Shown: positions 50,105 to 59,848, numbered from the stretch's first letter. The stretch: 64,000 nucleotides of DNA from Myxococcota bacterium (GCA_963674735.2 CAXXQS010000001.1:992001-1056000), one strand, 5' to 3'. Notes: generated by a model from the letters alone, not told the origin. Translations and numbers: made by a program.

Positions 50105-51406
50105 CTAATCAGAAGCATAGTGAACGATGGGGTTGTGATCGAATACGAAATGCTGGTCTTGGCTGAAGTGCACTCCCGAAATCGGGCCGTTTTCGATGGT
50201 GAAATCTTCGTAAAAAGGAACCATCCAGAACATCACGTTTTCAGCTCCGTTATCCTGGCATTCGTCCCAATCCACCGCGCCATCACCGTTGCCGTCATAC
50301 GCGCTACTGCATTCGGGTGTGTCATTGAGCGGATCGAACATGTCGCCCGAGAACTCGGAAGGATGAAAGAGCCCCAGCCAGTGGCCCAATTCGTGAGCCA
50401 TGGTCAATCCCATGATGCGTGGGTAGTATTCATAGCCCGTCATTGCCACCGCGACTCCTGAAAACGGGGTTCCTTGTTTGCCCGCCGGACCGGGTATATG
50501 ACCCGCCATGCCGAGCACGCCGTAAAAATCGCCGCCGAAGGAGTTGATCAGGAACAAGTTTGGATTGTTGTTTTCCGAGGCTACTGAAATTTCGAGTAAG
50601 TCCCGGTACTCGGCGTAAGAATCGATCACGCCGTATTTCTGTACGGAGTTGGCCGAGGCGTCGCGGTAGTTGATCGTGCCGATCTTGATGTTTGCGGTTT
50701 TATAGAGTTTTTTGAAAACGGTTATGCATTCCTGAAAGACTTTGTGATTGTTGGCTGAATTGGCATTGACTCCTTGAACGCCGACGAACCAGATGTTGAC
50801 GTCGATGGACAACCCGGTCGCGTCATCATCGCGTTTGGGTTTCGTGATCAGGTTGAAGCTGAGATTGTTTCCGGCATTGTAGCTGGCGATTTCGACGACC
50901 CACTCGCCGGGAGAGAAAGGCATCTTTGGAGAATTGTTAAGGAAAATGGATAGCGAGGAATCGGAATACCAGTGAAAGATCTGATCATTGAACAAAACGC
51001 CGTCTTGGCCGTCTTGATCGATGCTATAGACCACTTGGCCGTTGGGATCGATCAGGCGAAAGGGATAGATGTAGTTATCGGAATTTCCTTCGATCCAGGC
51101 AATGACTCCGTGGTCGTCTTCCCCGACTTCGAAGACCGCGGCATCGTCGATTTCCATATCCTCGAAATCGTCTAGGTAGGGTTGATTGGGTTCGGATGGG
51201 GCCTGCTGCGGTGGATCGGGAATCGTCGGTTCGGGATTCCCACTGTCGCCATCGCTGTCATCCGGGTTGGAGGATGCGTCGCTGCTATCGATTGGGATGC
51301 AATCTCCGGCATACTCACGTGTTCCGGCCGGACAACTGCCACTGGCACAGGCTGAAAGAATCCAGATGGTGGCGAGCAGTGTAACGAGAACGACCCATTT
51401 TAGCAT
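50105..51406 (-). CDS. Lipoprotein zinc metalloprotease (metzincin, M43/pappalysin-like)
   Basis: Lipobox LSA-C; HELGHWLGLFH, DTP, Met-turn NVMFW. Confidence 0.82.
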   Translation of the reverse strand: MLKWVVLVTLLATIWILSACASGSCPAGTREYAGDCIPIDSSDASSNPDDSDGDSGNPEPTIPDPPQQAPSEPNQPYLDDFEDMEIDDAAVFEVGEDDHGVIAWIEGNSDNYIYPFRLIDPNGQVVYSIDQDGQDGVLFNDQIFHWYSDSSLSIFLNNSPKMPFSPGEWVVEIASYNAGNNLSFNLITKPKRDDDATGLSIDVNIWFVGVQGVNANSANNHKVFQECITVFKKLYKTANIKIGTINYRDASANSVQKYGVIDSYAEYRDLLEISVASENNNPNLFLINSFGGDFYGVLGMAGHIPGPAGKQGTPFSGVAVAMTGYEYYPRIMGLTMAHELGHWLGLFHPSEFSGDMFDPLNDTPECSSAYDGNGDGAVDWDECQDNGAENVMFWMVPFYEDFTIENGPISGVHFSQDQHFVFDHNPIVHYASD

Positions 51407-51583
51407 GGCATTATCCTGGTTGAGAAGTCTAAGCTTCAGAGCAAAGTTTGACGCTTCATGCTATCATCGACATGTTAAAGCATCAATAAGAATTGCCGTT
51501 GGTTGATTGGGCAAGAAACGTCCTTCCGAATCGAGAGAGGGATGCTTGCCGAGCCGCTCTACATTGACAGTCGGGACATCCAA

Positions 51584-54514
51584 TCAATATCCCCCAAGTT
51601 GCCCCTGTCCATCGTATGCCAGGGAGCGCAGATATTCCTGCACCATGGATGCGGCATCATCGTTTTGGTAAATCGCATAATGCCCATCATCGGGATACTG
51701 ACAAAGCCCGGAGGTTGCATATCCATCATCCGGTCCCTGGACCGTTTGAGTGGCCGGACGACTCTCAACGGCAATCCCGCGTAACTCCAGCCCAATCACA
51801 CTTTCCGGCACCGGGGGAACCAGCGGCTCGATCAGCGGTGTCCACCCGGCGGTAGCCATGGCATAGGTGGAGTTTTTCGGGGTTTGGTCGTCATTGAAGC
51901 CGGTGGTGACCATGATATTGCGTGCGACGTCGTCGTAAGGGCGCTCTGTCCACAAAGGCGCATAATTGATGGGATCGGTGACTTCGACAATGGATTGAAT
52001 GATCATGAACAGGGGATGCAACTTGTAGGCTTGGGCGGTAGGCAAGACGCCGACCAGATCCAACATAGCCAGGAAATTAGGGTTGGTCCGTTCCATGATC
52101 GTGATCTGAGTCCGGCCGCCCGATCCCGACAAGACATAGCCGTTGATGGTTTCTTTGATCCCGGCCAGAATAGCGCCGACCAGTCCTCCCTGGCTATGAC
52201 CATGGAAGAGAAGATTCGAGGTGTCGATCGGAATCTCGGCTGGACCGGCGTAATCCGCGGTATTCGGCCATGAACTGCAAGTGGCTTGCGACAGATTCAG
52301 CTTCCCGTATTTGATGAAGCTGACCAGGGCAACATTATCCATCACGCCCTGTCGCAGCACCGATCGAGCAGAGAGCGGATTGAGGAAATTGAACGAATAA
52401 TTTTCCAAGTCGTCGCAGGAATACACCTCGGTCGCGCGCTCTCCGTGGAGCGGTTGGTCGATCCCGATCGTCGCTAGTTTGGCTCCCAGCAAGCGGGTGG
52501 AGGTGTCATTGGGATCCGATCCGATATAGCCTTCGTGGGTTCCACAGGTGCCGTGGGAAACTATCACCAATGGCCACCCGTCTTCCGGCGGCGTCGCATC
52601 GGATGGCACACAGAAGGCGAACGCCAGTGATTCCACTTGCTGCACGACCGGATGACCATCGACATCAAACTGAAAGTCGCCCCCCGATATCTCGTAGGGC
52701 TGGGTTCCTGTTTGGAAATTTGGCGAGCTGTAATGTCCGCTAAAGCAGACATAGCCATCGTGAGCGCTTCGGAACGCACAATCCTGCAATGTGCCGGGGA
52801 CGGATCCGACAGGATAAACCTGCCGGAGGTACAGGCTCATATCCCGCGTTTCGGAAAGCGGATCCAACGTGGTGAAAACGGTAGCGGCCCGTACTTTGTC
52901 CGGATCGAGTGTGGCGCTGTTGGATGCCAACCATTCCGCCAACGGCAGATAGGCCCGGCTCAGCTTCGGGTTGTCGATCCATTCGCCGCGATACAGGTCG
53001 GTCATCAGCTGCGTGCGTCCAATCGAGACGGCATCCGTACCGGTGACACCGTCAGTGAGAATCACGGCATAGGTCGTTGCGGGACGGAGCGGGAAGCCAT
53101 CATACGGGGAAACAGCCAGCAGATTCCCATGGGTTTCAAGATTGTTCGGATTCGCCGTCCAATGCCATTCCAGCGGTAAAAGCTGGCCGACGTGAGGGGA
53201 ATCCGGATCGATGTCAAGCAACAGAATCGAAGAAGAAAAGGTCTTTGTTTCTGCTGCCGTCTGCGGTAACGAGTTCAAATCCAAAACATCGGGGAACGTG
53301 AAATAGACCCCCGTGTTGTTGCCGAATCCATCCAGCAAGCTTTCGAAAACACTCACGTATTGGCTGGCAACATAATAGCCTTCCGGATGCTGAGGATCGT
53401 AAGGTGGCAGCGGGAAGCCATCCAGATTGACCAAACCATCGCTACCGATGTAGTAGTCATTGGGATACGGGGCGGAATAAAAGTCAGTTAAATCGATAAA
53501 ATCGAAAAAGGGTGTCATTCCGGAAGCAGGATCCAAGTCGAACAGAGCGACCGGCCACTCGATTTCCTCTTCTTCCTCCGTCTCGTCCTCCAATCCTTCC
53601 ACATCCTGATCTTCATCCACATCTCCATCAACCAAAGCTTCACAGGCGACGGAAAGGGTGTAGTTATATGTGCTGGTGGTGGGAGTATCGACTACGAGGG
53701 TGTACCAATCCTCCACGCCTTTCGACAAAAAGGTTACCGCCTCGTCAGCGGTACCACCATTTGCGGAGTGGTCGAGACAGTTTCCCGTATCGCAGGTGTC
53801 GAGAATAAACAAATCCAGCTCACCCGTCAGGTTGGTGAGGGTTACCGTCACTTCGTTATCTGCAGGAACCGACAGTTTGTAGACGACAGCCTTTCCCGGC
53901 TCATTTAACTCGGCATCACAGGCATAGGAGTCCCATTCGGTGTTGAGCCCGATCACCGTTGTGTGATTGAAGGTTATTCCACAAACGATATCATAGGCGT
54001 TCTGACAAGCGGCCAGTGCATCCGGGTCGATATCGCCATCGCTAATCTCATCCTCGAAGGTTTCGACTTCGGTCTCTGTTTCGACTTCGACTTCAACTTC
54101 AACTTCAGCTTCGGCTTCACCTTCGACTTCGTCCTCGTTCTCCAGGTCACGATCGGAGTCATTATCGACATCACCATCCAGATCCGAATCCTCAATGAAA
54201 TCTTCATCTAAGTCGCCATCGTTGTCGGCATCCTCTTCTCTGTCTGCATCACCGTCGGATGCGGTATCGATTTCTTCATCGAAATCGGTCTCAACTTCTA
54301 TCTCGCCATCACCGTCGATATCATTTTCCGGATCGCCATCGGGCATATCGCCGTCTGGGTCGTCACCATCAGGCTCGTCACCGTCGGATTCGTCCCCATC
54401 TGGTGAATCGCCATCGGGACCGTCACTATCGGTCGTTCCTGAAGAAGAACAGGCCATCAGCATTACAACAACGAATCCCAGAAGCAACCCATGGCACAAC
54501 CCGGTAAGTTTCAT
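51584..54514 (-). CDS. Large lipoprotein: DGD/acidic tether, PPC-like domain, Ig-like region, lipase-type alpha/beta hydrolase
   Basis: Lipobox LMA-C; PYPND, PLRPATTYAV, SHGT, IDQPLHGER, GHSQGG. Confidence 0.8.
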   Translation of the reverse strand: MKLTGLCHGLLLGFVVVMLMACSSSGTTDSDGPDGDSPDGDESDGDEPDGDDPDGDMPDGDPENDIDGDGEIEVETDFDEEIDTASDGDADREEDADNDGDLDEDFIEDSDLDGDVDNDSDRDLENEDEVEGEAEAEVEVEVEVETETEVETFEDEISDGDIDPDALAACQNAYDIVCGITFNHTTVIGLNTEWDSYACDAELNEPGKAVVYKLSVPADNEVTVTLTNLTGELDLFILDTCDTGNCLDHSANGGTADEAVTFLSKGVEDWYTLVVDTPTTSTYNYTLSVACEALVDGDVDEDQDVEGLEDETEEEEEIEWPVALFDLDPASGMTPFFDFIDLTDFYSAPYPNDYYIGSDGLVNLDGFPLPPYDPQHPEGYYVASQYVSVFESLLDGFGNNTGVYFTFPDVLDLNSLPQTAAETKTFSSSILLLDIDPDSPHVGQLLPLEWHWTANPNNLETHGNLLAVSPYDGFPLRPATTYAVILTDGVTGTDAVSIGRTQLMTDLYRGEWIDNPKLSRAYLPLAEWLASNSATLDPDKVRAATVFTTLDPLSETRDMSLYLRQVYPVGSVPGTLQDCAFRSAHDGYVCFSGHYSSPNFQTGTQPYEISGGDFQFDVDGHPVVQQVESLAFAFCVPSDATPPEDGWPLVIVSHGTCGTHEGYIGSDPNDTSTRLLGAKLATIGIDQPLHGERATEVYSCDDLENYSFNFLNPLSARSVLRQGVMDNVALVSFIKYGKLNLSQATCSSWPNTADYAGPAEIPIDTSNLLFHGHSQGGLVGAILAGIKETINGYVLSGSGGRTQITIMERTNPNFLAMLDLVGVLPTAQAYKLHPLFMIIQSIVEVTDPINYAPLWTERPYDDVARNIMVTTGFNDDQTPKNSTYAMATAGWTPLIEPLVPPVPESVIGLELRGIAVESRPATQTVQGPDDGYATSGLCQYPDDGHYAIYQNDDAASMVQEYLRSLAYDGQGQLGGY
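54060..54430 (-). repeat. Low-complexity coding repeats (15-bp xxDGD units; 6-bp EV/EA units)
   Basis: PDGD SPDGD ESDGD EPDGD DPDGD MPDGD and EAEAEVEVEVEVETETE in the translation. Confidence 0.85.
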
Positions 54515-54779
54515 CGACTCATCTCCATCTATTTCCGCTTTTTCACGCAAGCTTTTCTGGCTTCGAACAGTCTCACAGCTAAAACATTCATTGTTTCTTG
54601 CATTTTACATCCCCATGCCGGAAACGCAATGCAAAATGGTTGCGCAAAAGACCTCAAGGCCATCACGTGGAAAAATGGAATTTTGCGGGAAGAATTTTAA
54701 CGGCAATTTCGTCTTGACTACTGAATCGATGTGCTTTCAAAGGCATCGAAAACTGTCACTAACCAGGAGGAAGATCAAC

Positions 54780-55076
54780 GTGCCCGCTTTCACCGTTACG
54801 ACCCCCGAAGAAACGACTCTGGAGCTAAACGGCGAACTCATCGCTGAAACCGAAGCCATTCATCAAGTGGAGGCCCGGGCACCGCTCAACACCGAGACGG
54901 TGCAGATCTATCGACTTGACGATGGACGTTTCCTGCTATACCAGTGGTTTCATTTCGAAGACATGGACCCGCACGGTCACGAATTGATTTATGCCGACTC
55001 CCCCCAGCAGCTCGTTGAAGCGGTCAAGTTTCCTACCGAGGCTGCACGCGAAATGCTCGTTGCAGTGGGAACTTAG
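54780..55076 (+). CDS. Small hypothetical protein (98 aa)
   Basis: Strong SD AGGAGG before GTG 54780; globular-looking sequence (QIYRLDDGRFLLY). Confidence 0.7.
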   Translation: MPAFTVTTPEETTLELNGELIAETEAIHQVEARAPLNTETVQIYRLDDGRFLLYQWFHFEDMDPHGHELIYADSPQQLVEAVKFPTEAAREMLVAVGT

Positions 55077-55101
55077 GCTCCTTTCGCCGAAGCCCGTGCT
55101 T

Positions 55102-56616
55102 TCATTCGCTTTCGTCGCAAACAATCGAAAATTCGTATTCCAACGGCCATTCCGGTCTCTCTGCGGAAAGCAACGATACAACAAGCTGGTATTGGGTTGA
55201 GGCGATAGCCTCGAAAGCGTAGGTTTCCGCATTTCCCACGGTGCTTGTGTTGAGGATATGTGAGTCGTCACACTCGTGGTGCTCAACAATAAACCGAACT
55301 CTCTCGGGAGTTGTGAAGCTAAGTATGATTTGGCTATCGCGAGCGACTTGTAAGGAATAAGCATCGAGTAATCCCACTTTGCTTGAGTCGATTTCCTCGA
55401 TGCGACCTCGCGCCTGCCAGCCACATTGCAATGCCGGTAGTTCCTCGCAACTCAATGCCGATGAGTCCGTATCGTTATCATCCATGTCGCCGTCACTTGG
55501 GGAAAGGTCGCCGTCGGTTTCTCCCTTACATTGTTCGGTGTCCGTCCCTTCACACACACCCACCTGGTCGATATCCAAGCCTAAGCCGGGACAGCAGGTC
55601 GAATCGGCCGGAGTCCGACAATCCAGAAGCTTGTCCCGATAGCAAAGCGGCCATGTGACGTCCAGGATATATGTATCCGGGCAAGCCTCCGCCAACCATT
55701 GGGTACAAAGATCTGCGCTATCATGACAGGTGTCGTCGCAAGGGATTTCGTCGTAACCGGCTCGCTCGGGACTACCCGCCAACTCCGTATTGTCGTCCGT
55801 CAGTTCGGTCACGTTCGCTCGGCCATCGGTATCCCGATCGCGGACAACTCGAAAGGCCTCGATCAAGGACGCGTTCAATTCCGGTAGAATCTCGGCATTA
55901 TGCGTATCATCGACTTTCAGCACGTCATCGGTTAGGGCCAATTGGCTCCAACGATTATCGGACAACAGCATCCCAAGATCCAAAACCGCCGCCCAGTGCC
56001 GTTCTTCACCGGGCTGCCATTGCAGCGTTTCGCGGGGTGGGACACTCGGCAGCATCCCACCCAGTGCGGTTTCGACTTCAATGGGTATGCGACCTGACAA
56101 CTCGCCCTTCAACGTCATCACGGCTGCGTTCGCAGGTAATCGCCAGTCCAGGGCACAGAAGGGGCGGTCGCCAGGTGCTTGAATTTCCATGACAAACGGA
56201 ACTTCACTCATCAAATTGATCGACGCAATTCCGCGATCAGCCCGCAACAACTCTCCATGCAGCATGTCGCAGGATTCCGCGTCCGCCAGAAACAGTTCTT
56301 CAAGCTGCAAGTGAACATCGTTCCAAATTACCAGACGGTCATCGGCTTGACGGCTATCGACCACCGAAAAGCCGACCACGGTCCGTGCTGGATTGCCATC
56401 GACCGACCCGCCGCCGCAGGGGATGAACTGGTAATCAATCCCGTCTTCCTTGTCGCCATCCGGCGATACGTAGGAGACGTGGGACTCATCATCGCAAGCG
56501 ACCGCCAGGATTCCCATGATCGCGAGTAGGGAGATAATCATCCAATGGGGTGAGCAACCGGTCTTTTTGTTCTTTTTCATCGCTTGAACGGCGTTTCGTT
56601 GGATATTCATGGTCAT
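55102..56616 (-). CDS. Hypothetical lipoprotein with Cys-rich and acidic segments and a C-terminal PPC-like domain
   Basis: Lipobox-like AVA-C followed by DD; start overlaps the upstream stop (ATGA). Confidence 0.7.
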   Translation of the reverse strand: MTMNIQRNAVQAMKKNKKTGCSPHWMIISLLAIMGILAVACDDESHVSYVSPDGDKEDGIDYQFIPCGGGSVDGNPARTVVGFSVVDSRQADDRLVIWNDVHLQLEELFLADAESCDMLHGELLRADRGIASINLMSEVPFVMEIQAPGDRPFCALDWRLPANAAVMTLKGELSGRIPIEVETALGGMLPSVPPRETLQWQPGEERHWAAVLDLGMLLSDNRWSQLALTDDVLKVDDTHNAEILPELNASLIEAFRVVRDRDTDGRANVTELTDDNTELAGSPERAGYDEIPCDDTCHDSADLCTQWLAEACPDTYILDVTWPLCYRDKLLDCRTPADSTCCPGLGLDIDQVGVCEGTDTEQCKGETDGDLSPSDGDMDDNDTDSSALSCEELPALQCGWQARGRIEEIDSSKVGLLDAYSLQVARDSQIILSFTTPERVRFIVEHHECDDSHILNTSTVGNAETYAFEAIASTQYQLVVSLLSAERPEWPLEYEFSIVCDESE

Positions 56617-57509
56617 CCCCTTTTATGATGATCTTTCGGTTTTGGTATCGAATTGGCTGGTTCGGGTCGTACCAGTTGGAAAAGCTGCACATTCAAGCGC
56701 GCGACTACATCCACGGGTTCATCTTCCTGAATGATTTCCTGTGCTTTTGCTAGCATTTCCAAGGCCAAAGAATGAAGTCTTTCCAATTGATCGAGCGACA
56801 CGGAGGCCGTGATCCCGGTTACCAGACGCTGGTCTTGAGTTTGATTGTCCAGCGATTGTCCGGCCAGACCGATCATATGCCGATGAAAATTGCGCACCGC
56901 AAGCCTGGAAAGTGCGTCAGGGTCGCGGCGATTGTTGACCGAACCGATCAAGGCTTCGACCTGCTGCAAGCGACCATTTTCGTCACGCTGTAAAAAGCCG
57001 AGCTGTTCCAACTTGGCCAGGCCGTCCTTGACCTGTTTGGCGGACAAGCGCGGAACCAGGCGACGGCCGATCCAGGCGGCATCCTCACGGAAATCCGACA
57101 AGTTGACGACCTCTCGCAAGGCCGGGAGATACCATTCGGCGTAGTAATCGTGCGGAATCTGGCTTTTATCTTGATGTATCTGCCGCCGCCGCAAGCGCGT
57201 AATTTTTCGGGCGAGCAGCGAGCGTTCTTCATCCGTTTTCGCCTGGGCAAACTCGGCCAGCAATAAAAGATAGCTCGACGCGTCGCCGACCAACCCGAGT
57301 GCTTTGGCAAAGCGGGCTGCGGCCCGTCGACTCAAGGGGACACGTCCGGCTGCAACTTGCCAGTAATGATTCGACTTGGGTGAATATCCCGCCTTTTTTT
57401 GCAAGTAGCGATACGAAACCTTTGGATTCTGTTCGCGCAAATCCGCGTAGGCATCCGTAAGAAAGCGACAGGCATCCGAATAGTCGAAGATATTAATCCT
57501 GGTTATCAT
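56613..57509 (-). CDS. TIGR02147 family (HTH + DUF4423) protein
   Basis: IFDYSD..FL.D.Y, SYRYL.K.AG, YY.EWY..ALRE, VRNFH, LNVQLF; true start at MITRIN. Confidence 0.85.
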   Translation of the reverse strand: MITRINIFDYSDACRFLTDAYADLREQNPKVSYRYLQKKAGYSPKSNHYWQVAAGRVPLSRRAAARFAKALGLVGDASSYLLLLAEFAQAKTDEERSLLARKITRLRRRQIHQDKSQIPHDYYAEWYLPALREVVNLSDFREDAAWIGRRLVPRLSAKQVKDGLAKLEQLGFLQRDENGRLQQVEALIGSVNNRRDPDALSRLAVRNFHRHMIGLAGQSLDNQTQDQRLVTGITASVSLDQLERLHSLALEMLAKAQEIIQEDEPVDVVARLNVQLFQLVRPEPANSIPKPKDHHKRG

Positions 57510-57869
57510 CGCAAAATCCACACACAGTATGATTGATAGATTAATCTTACCATTACTAGAGATTCTTTCAATATTATTATCGAAATGCTCTATAATAGTG
57601 TGTGTAATTAACACACAGAAGTAAAGTTGCAAGATCCCTCGACGCCTCGATCTATTTCGAAAGCATCTTGGAATGAAAATAAAGCCAAACATCCCCGAGC
57701 CTGCCACCTCATCATCACCGAACCGCGCCAGCATCCCAAAAAGTGGCGTTTCAGCCTGCATTCGCTTTTTTTTCGCTTGCGAATTCGCTCCGGCTTGGGT
57801 AAGCATACGGCAGGCGCGCCGGTCACAGGGCGGGCGCACGGGATGAACCTCTAAGCGAATGGGAACGAC

Positions 57870-58376
57870 ATGAAAGCCATATTCGAAACCACCATGGGCA
57901 CCATCGAAGTGGAGCTCTTTGCCGACAAAGCCCCGAAAACCGTCGAGAATTTCGTTCAGCTTGCCAAGGGCGAGAAGGAATGGACCGACCCGAAGACCGG
58001 CGAGAAAACCTCGCGGCCGCTGTACGACGGCACCATTTTTCACCGCGTGATTCCGCGCTTCATGATCCAGGGCGGCGACCCGAAGGGCAACGGAACGGGC
58101 GGTCCGGGCTATCGTTTCGAAGACGAATTTCACCCGGACCTCAGCTTCGATCGTCCCGGCTATCTGGCCATGGCCAACGCCGGACCCAACACCAACGGCA
58201 GCCAGTTCTTCATCACCCAGGTGCCGACTCCGCACCTGACCGGCCGCCACACGATCTTCGGCAAAGTGACCGCCGGGGCCGGTCTGATCAAACAGATCGC
58301 CGAAACCCCCACCGGTCAAAACGACCTTCCGCTTAAGAAGGTGGTTCTGGAAAAGCTGACCATCGTGGAAGACTGA
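57870..58376 (+). CDS. Cyclophilin-type peptidyl-prolyl cis-trans isomerase
   Basis: APKTVENF, FHRVIPRFMIQGGDP, LAMANAGPNTNGSQFFIT; strongly biased codons. Confidence 0.96.
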   Translation: MKAIFETTMGTIEVELFADKAPKTVENFVQLAKGEKEWTDPKTGEKTSRPLYDGTIFHRVIPRFMIQGGDPKGNGTGGPGYRFEDEFHPDLSFDRPGYLAMANAGPNTNGSQFFITQVPTPHLTGRHTIFGKVTAGAGLIKQIAETPTGQNDLPLKKVVLEKLTIVED

Positions 58377-58396
58377 TTTTTCTGCTCGACAACGTG

Positions 58397-58426
58397 AAAC
58401 GCCCGACCGCTTGGCCGGGCGTTTTT
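58397..58426 (+). terminator. Intrinsic (probably bidirectional) terminator
   Basis: AAACGCCCG...CGGGCGTTTTT between convergent genes. Confidence 0.85.
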
Positions 58427-58475
58427 CATTTCTCACATCGCCGAATCGGTTACGTAGCCAGTCCGCCCTTCCTTT

Positions 58476-59552
58476 TCACTCCGCGCATTCCGGTTTGGCG
58501 TTGGCGGTAGCGGAACCGTCGCAGACGACCACGTGCTCGTTGACCAAGTCGGGGTAGAGATCGAGGAGCTGGCAGGTGTAGTAGTCGGGATCGTAGCCGT
58601 GCGTTTTGCAGGTGGAGTAGGCCTCGCGGCCTTCCGTGCCTTCGCGCCAGGAGATGCCGCAATACTGCCCTTTGCAGAAGGGATCGCCCGGGCAGTCTTC
58701 GAGGTTCAAGCAGCCGACGTTGGCGTCTTTCACGCAGTAGCCGATGAGGTAGTTCATTTCATCGTAGGCCATGGCCGAGGCCGCCCCGCGATGGCGCGCC
58801 GCGCAGGTGTAGCCGTCGGGGCAGGGATCCACCGGCGTGCAGATGCGGCAGTCCAGATCGGCGCAGATCGGCTCGTTCACGCCCACCGGAAATGCGTAAG
58901 CACCGCCATAGGGCCACAGTTCGTTCATGTTACCCGCTGGGAAGTATTGGGAGGGATCGAAATCGGTTGTTTCAGGCGTATTGAATGCGCGGTGTGGTCT
59001 TGATATCTCATTATTGGTAGTGAAACTGCTGATCGTTGCGCTACTGAAATAGCAGCCATCGCAATAATCGCTCAGGGCGCATTTATCGTTTGTGTCGTTC
59101 ACACAGAGCATACGGCTGCCATTGAGTGGGCAGTCACCCGACCAGCCCAAACTGCCGTCTTCAAATATCTTGGGTACACAACCTTGATGTTTGTACATGT
59201 ATCCTTCAACACACCAATCAATATCCGGTCCGACACAACTTCGATCCAGGCATTCCTGCAGATCGTCAAGATAAACGGCACAGTCTGTTGAATCGACACA
59301 CGGTCCGCTCAATCGCTCTTTGTAGTATGTTTTCACGCCCCAGAAGCAGATCGTACATAGATCCATGATGGACTCATCAAGCGGGGGAACATAGTCGTAA
59401 TCACATAATTCGACATCGTCTTCCATCACGTCTACATCTCCATCATCATCAGCCGTGTCCTGCGATTCGGAATTGCAGGCGACAAATAACCCAACAAGAA
59501 ACCCGATTAGAAGCAACGAGATGGCCTTGTTGTTTATGTGAAGCATGGACAT
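58476..59552 (-). CDS. Cys-rich hypothetical lipoprotein
   Basis: Lipobox FVA-C, DDDGD tether, more than 20 Cys; SD GGAG upstream. Confidence 0.75.
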   Translation of the reverse strand: MSMLHINNKAISLLLIGFLVGLFVACNSESQDTADDDGDVDVMEDDVELCDYDYVPPLDESIMDLCTICFWGVKTYYKERLSGPCVDSTDCAVYLDDLQECLDRSCVGPDIDWCVEGYMYKHQGCVPKIFEDGSLGWSGDCPLNGSRMLCVNDTNDKCALSDYCDGCYFSSATISSFTTNNEISRPHRAFNTPETTDFDPSQYFPAGNMNELWPYGGAYAFPVGVNEPICADLDCRICTPVDPCPDGYTCAARHRGAASAMAYDEMNYLIGYCVKDANVGCLNLEDCPGDPFCKGQYCGISWREGTEGREAYSTCKTHGYDPDYYTCQLLDLYPDLVNEHVVVCDGSATANAKPECAE

Positions 59553-59637
59553 GCGCTTTCTCCAATCTGATTAAGGTATCGGACACCAGCCGGTATCGCA
59601 CCAGCCGGGATAGCCTGTTGCCGAGACCCCTTCTTCC

Positions 59638-59665
59638 AGTATGCAGACGCCACTCGCCCTGTCAA
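59638..59665 (-). promoter_or_regulatory. Candidate sigma-70 promoter
   Basis: Minus strand TTGACA-N16-CATACT. Confidence 0.5.
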
Positions 59666-59848
59666 CCCAATATTGAGTCAATTGTTACGGCAACAGGGTG
59701 TTACGGCTTGAATGTGGGTGAAGGATCGCCGAAGAGCGGGGGGCGGGTGCCTGAAGCAACTTACGAATCTCCCTCGCGAGGACGATTCTCGCATGTTAGG
59801 CGACTGTGATCGGCTTTACAAAATTGATGTGCAGGCGGGCGAAGTTGG

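Noticed and set aside
54195-54779. Ser-rich N-terminus of the 293-aa ORF
   Set aside because: Reverse complement of the Asp/Glu-rich DGD linker on the opposite strand.
57510-58436. N-terminal extension of the 607-aa minus-strand ORF
   Set aside because: It is the antisense shadow of the cyclophilin gene plus AT-rich intergenic DNA; TIGR02147 similarity starts at 57509.
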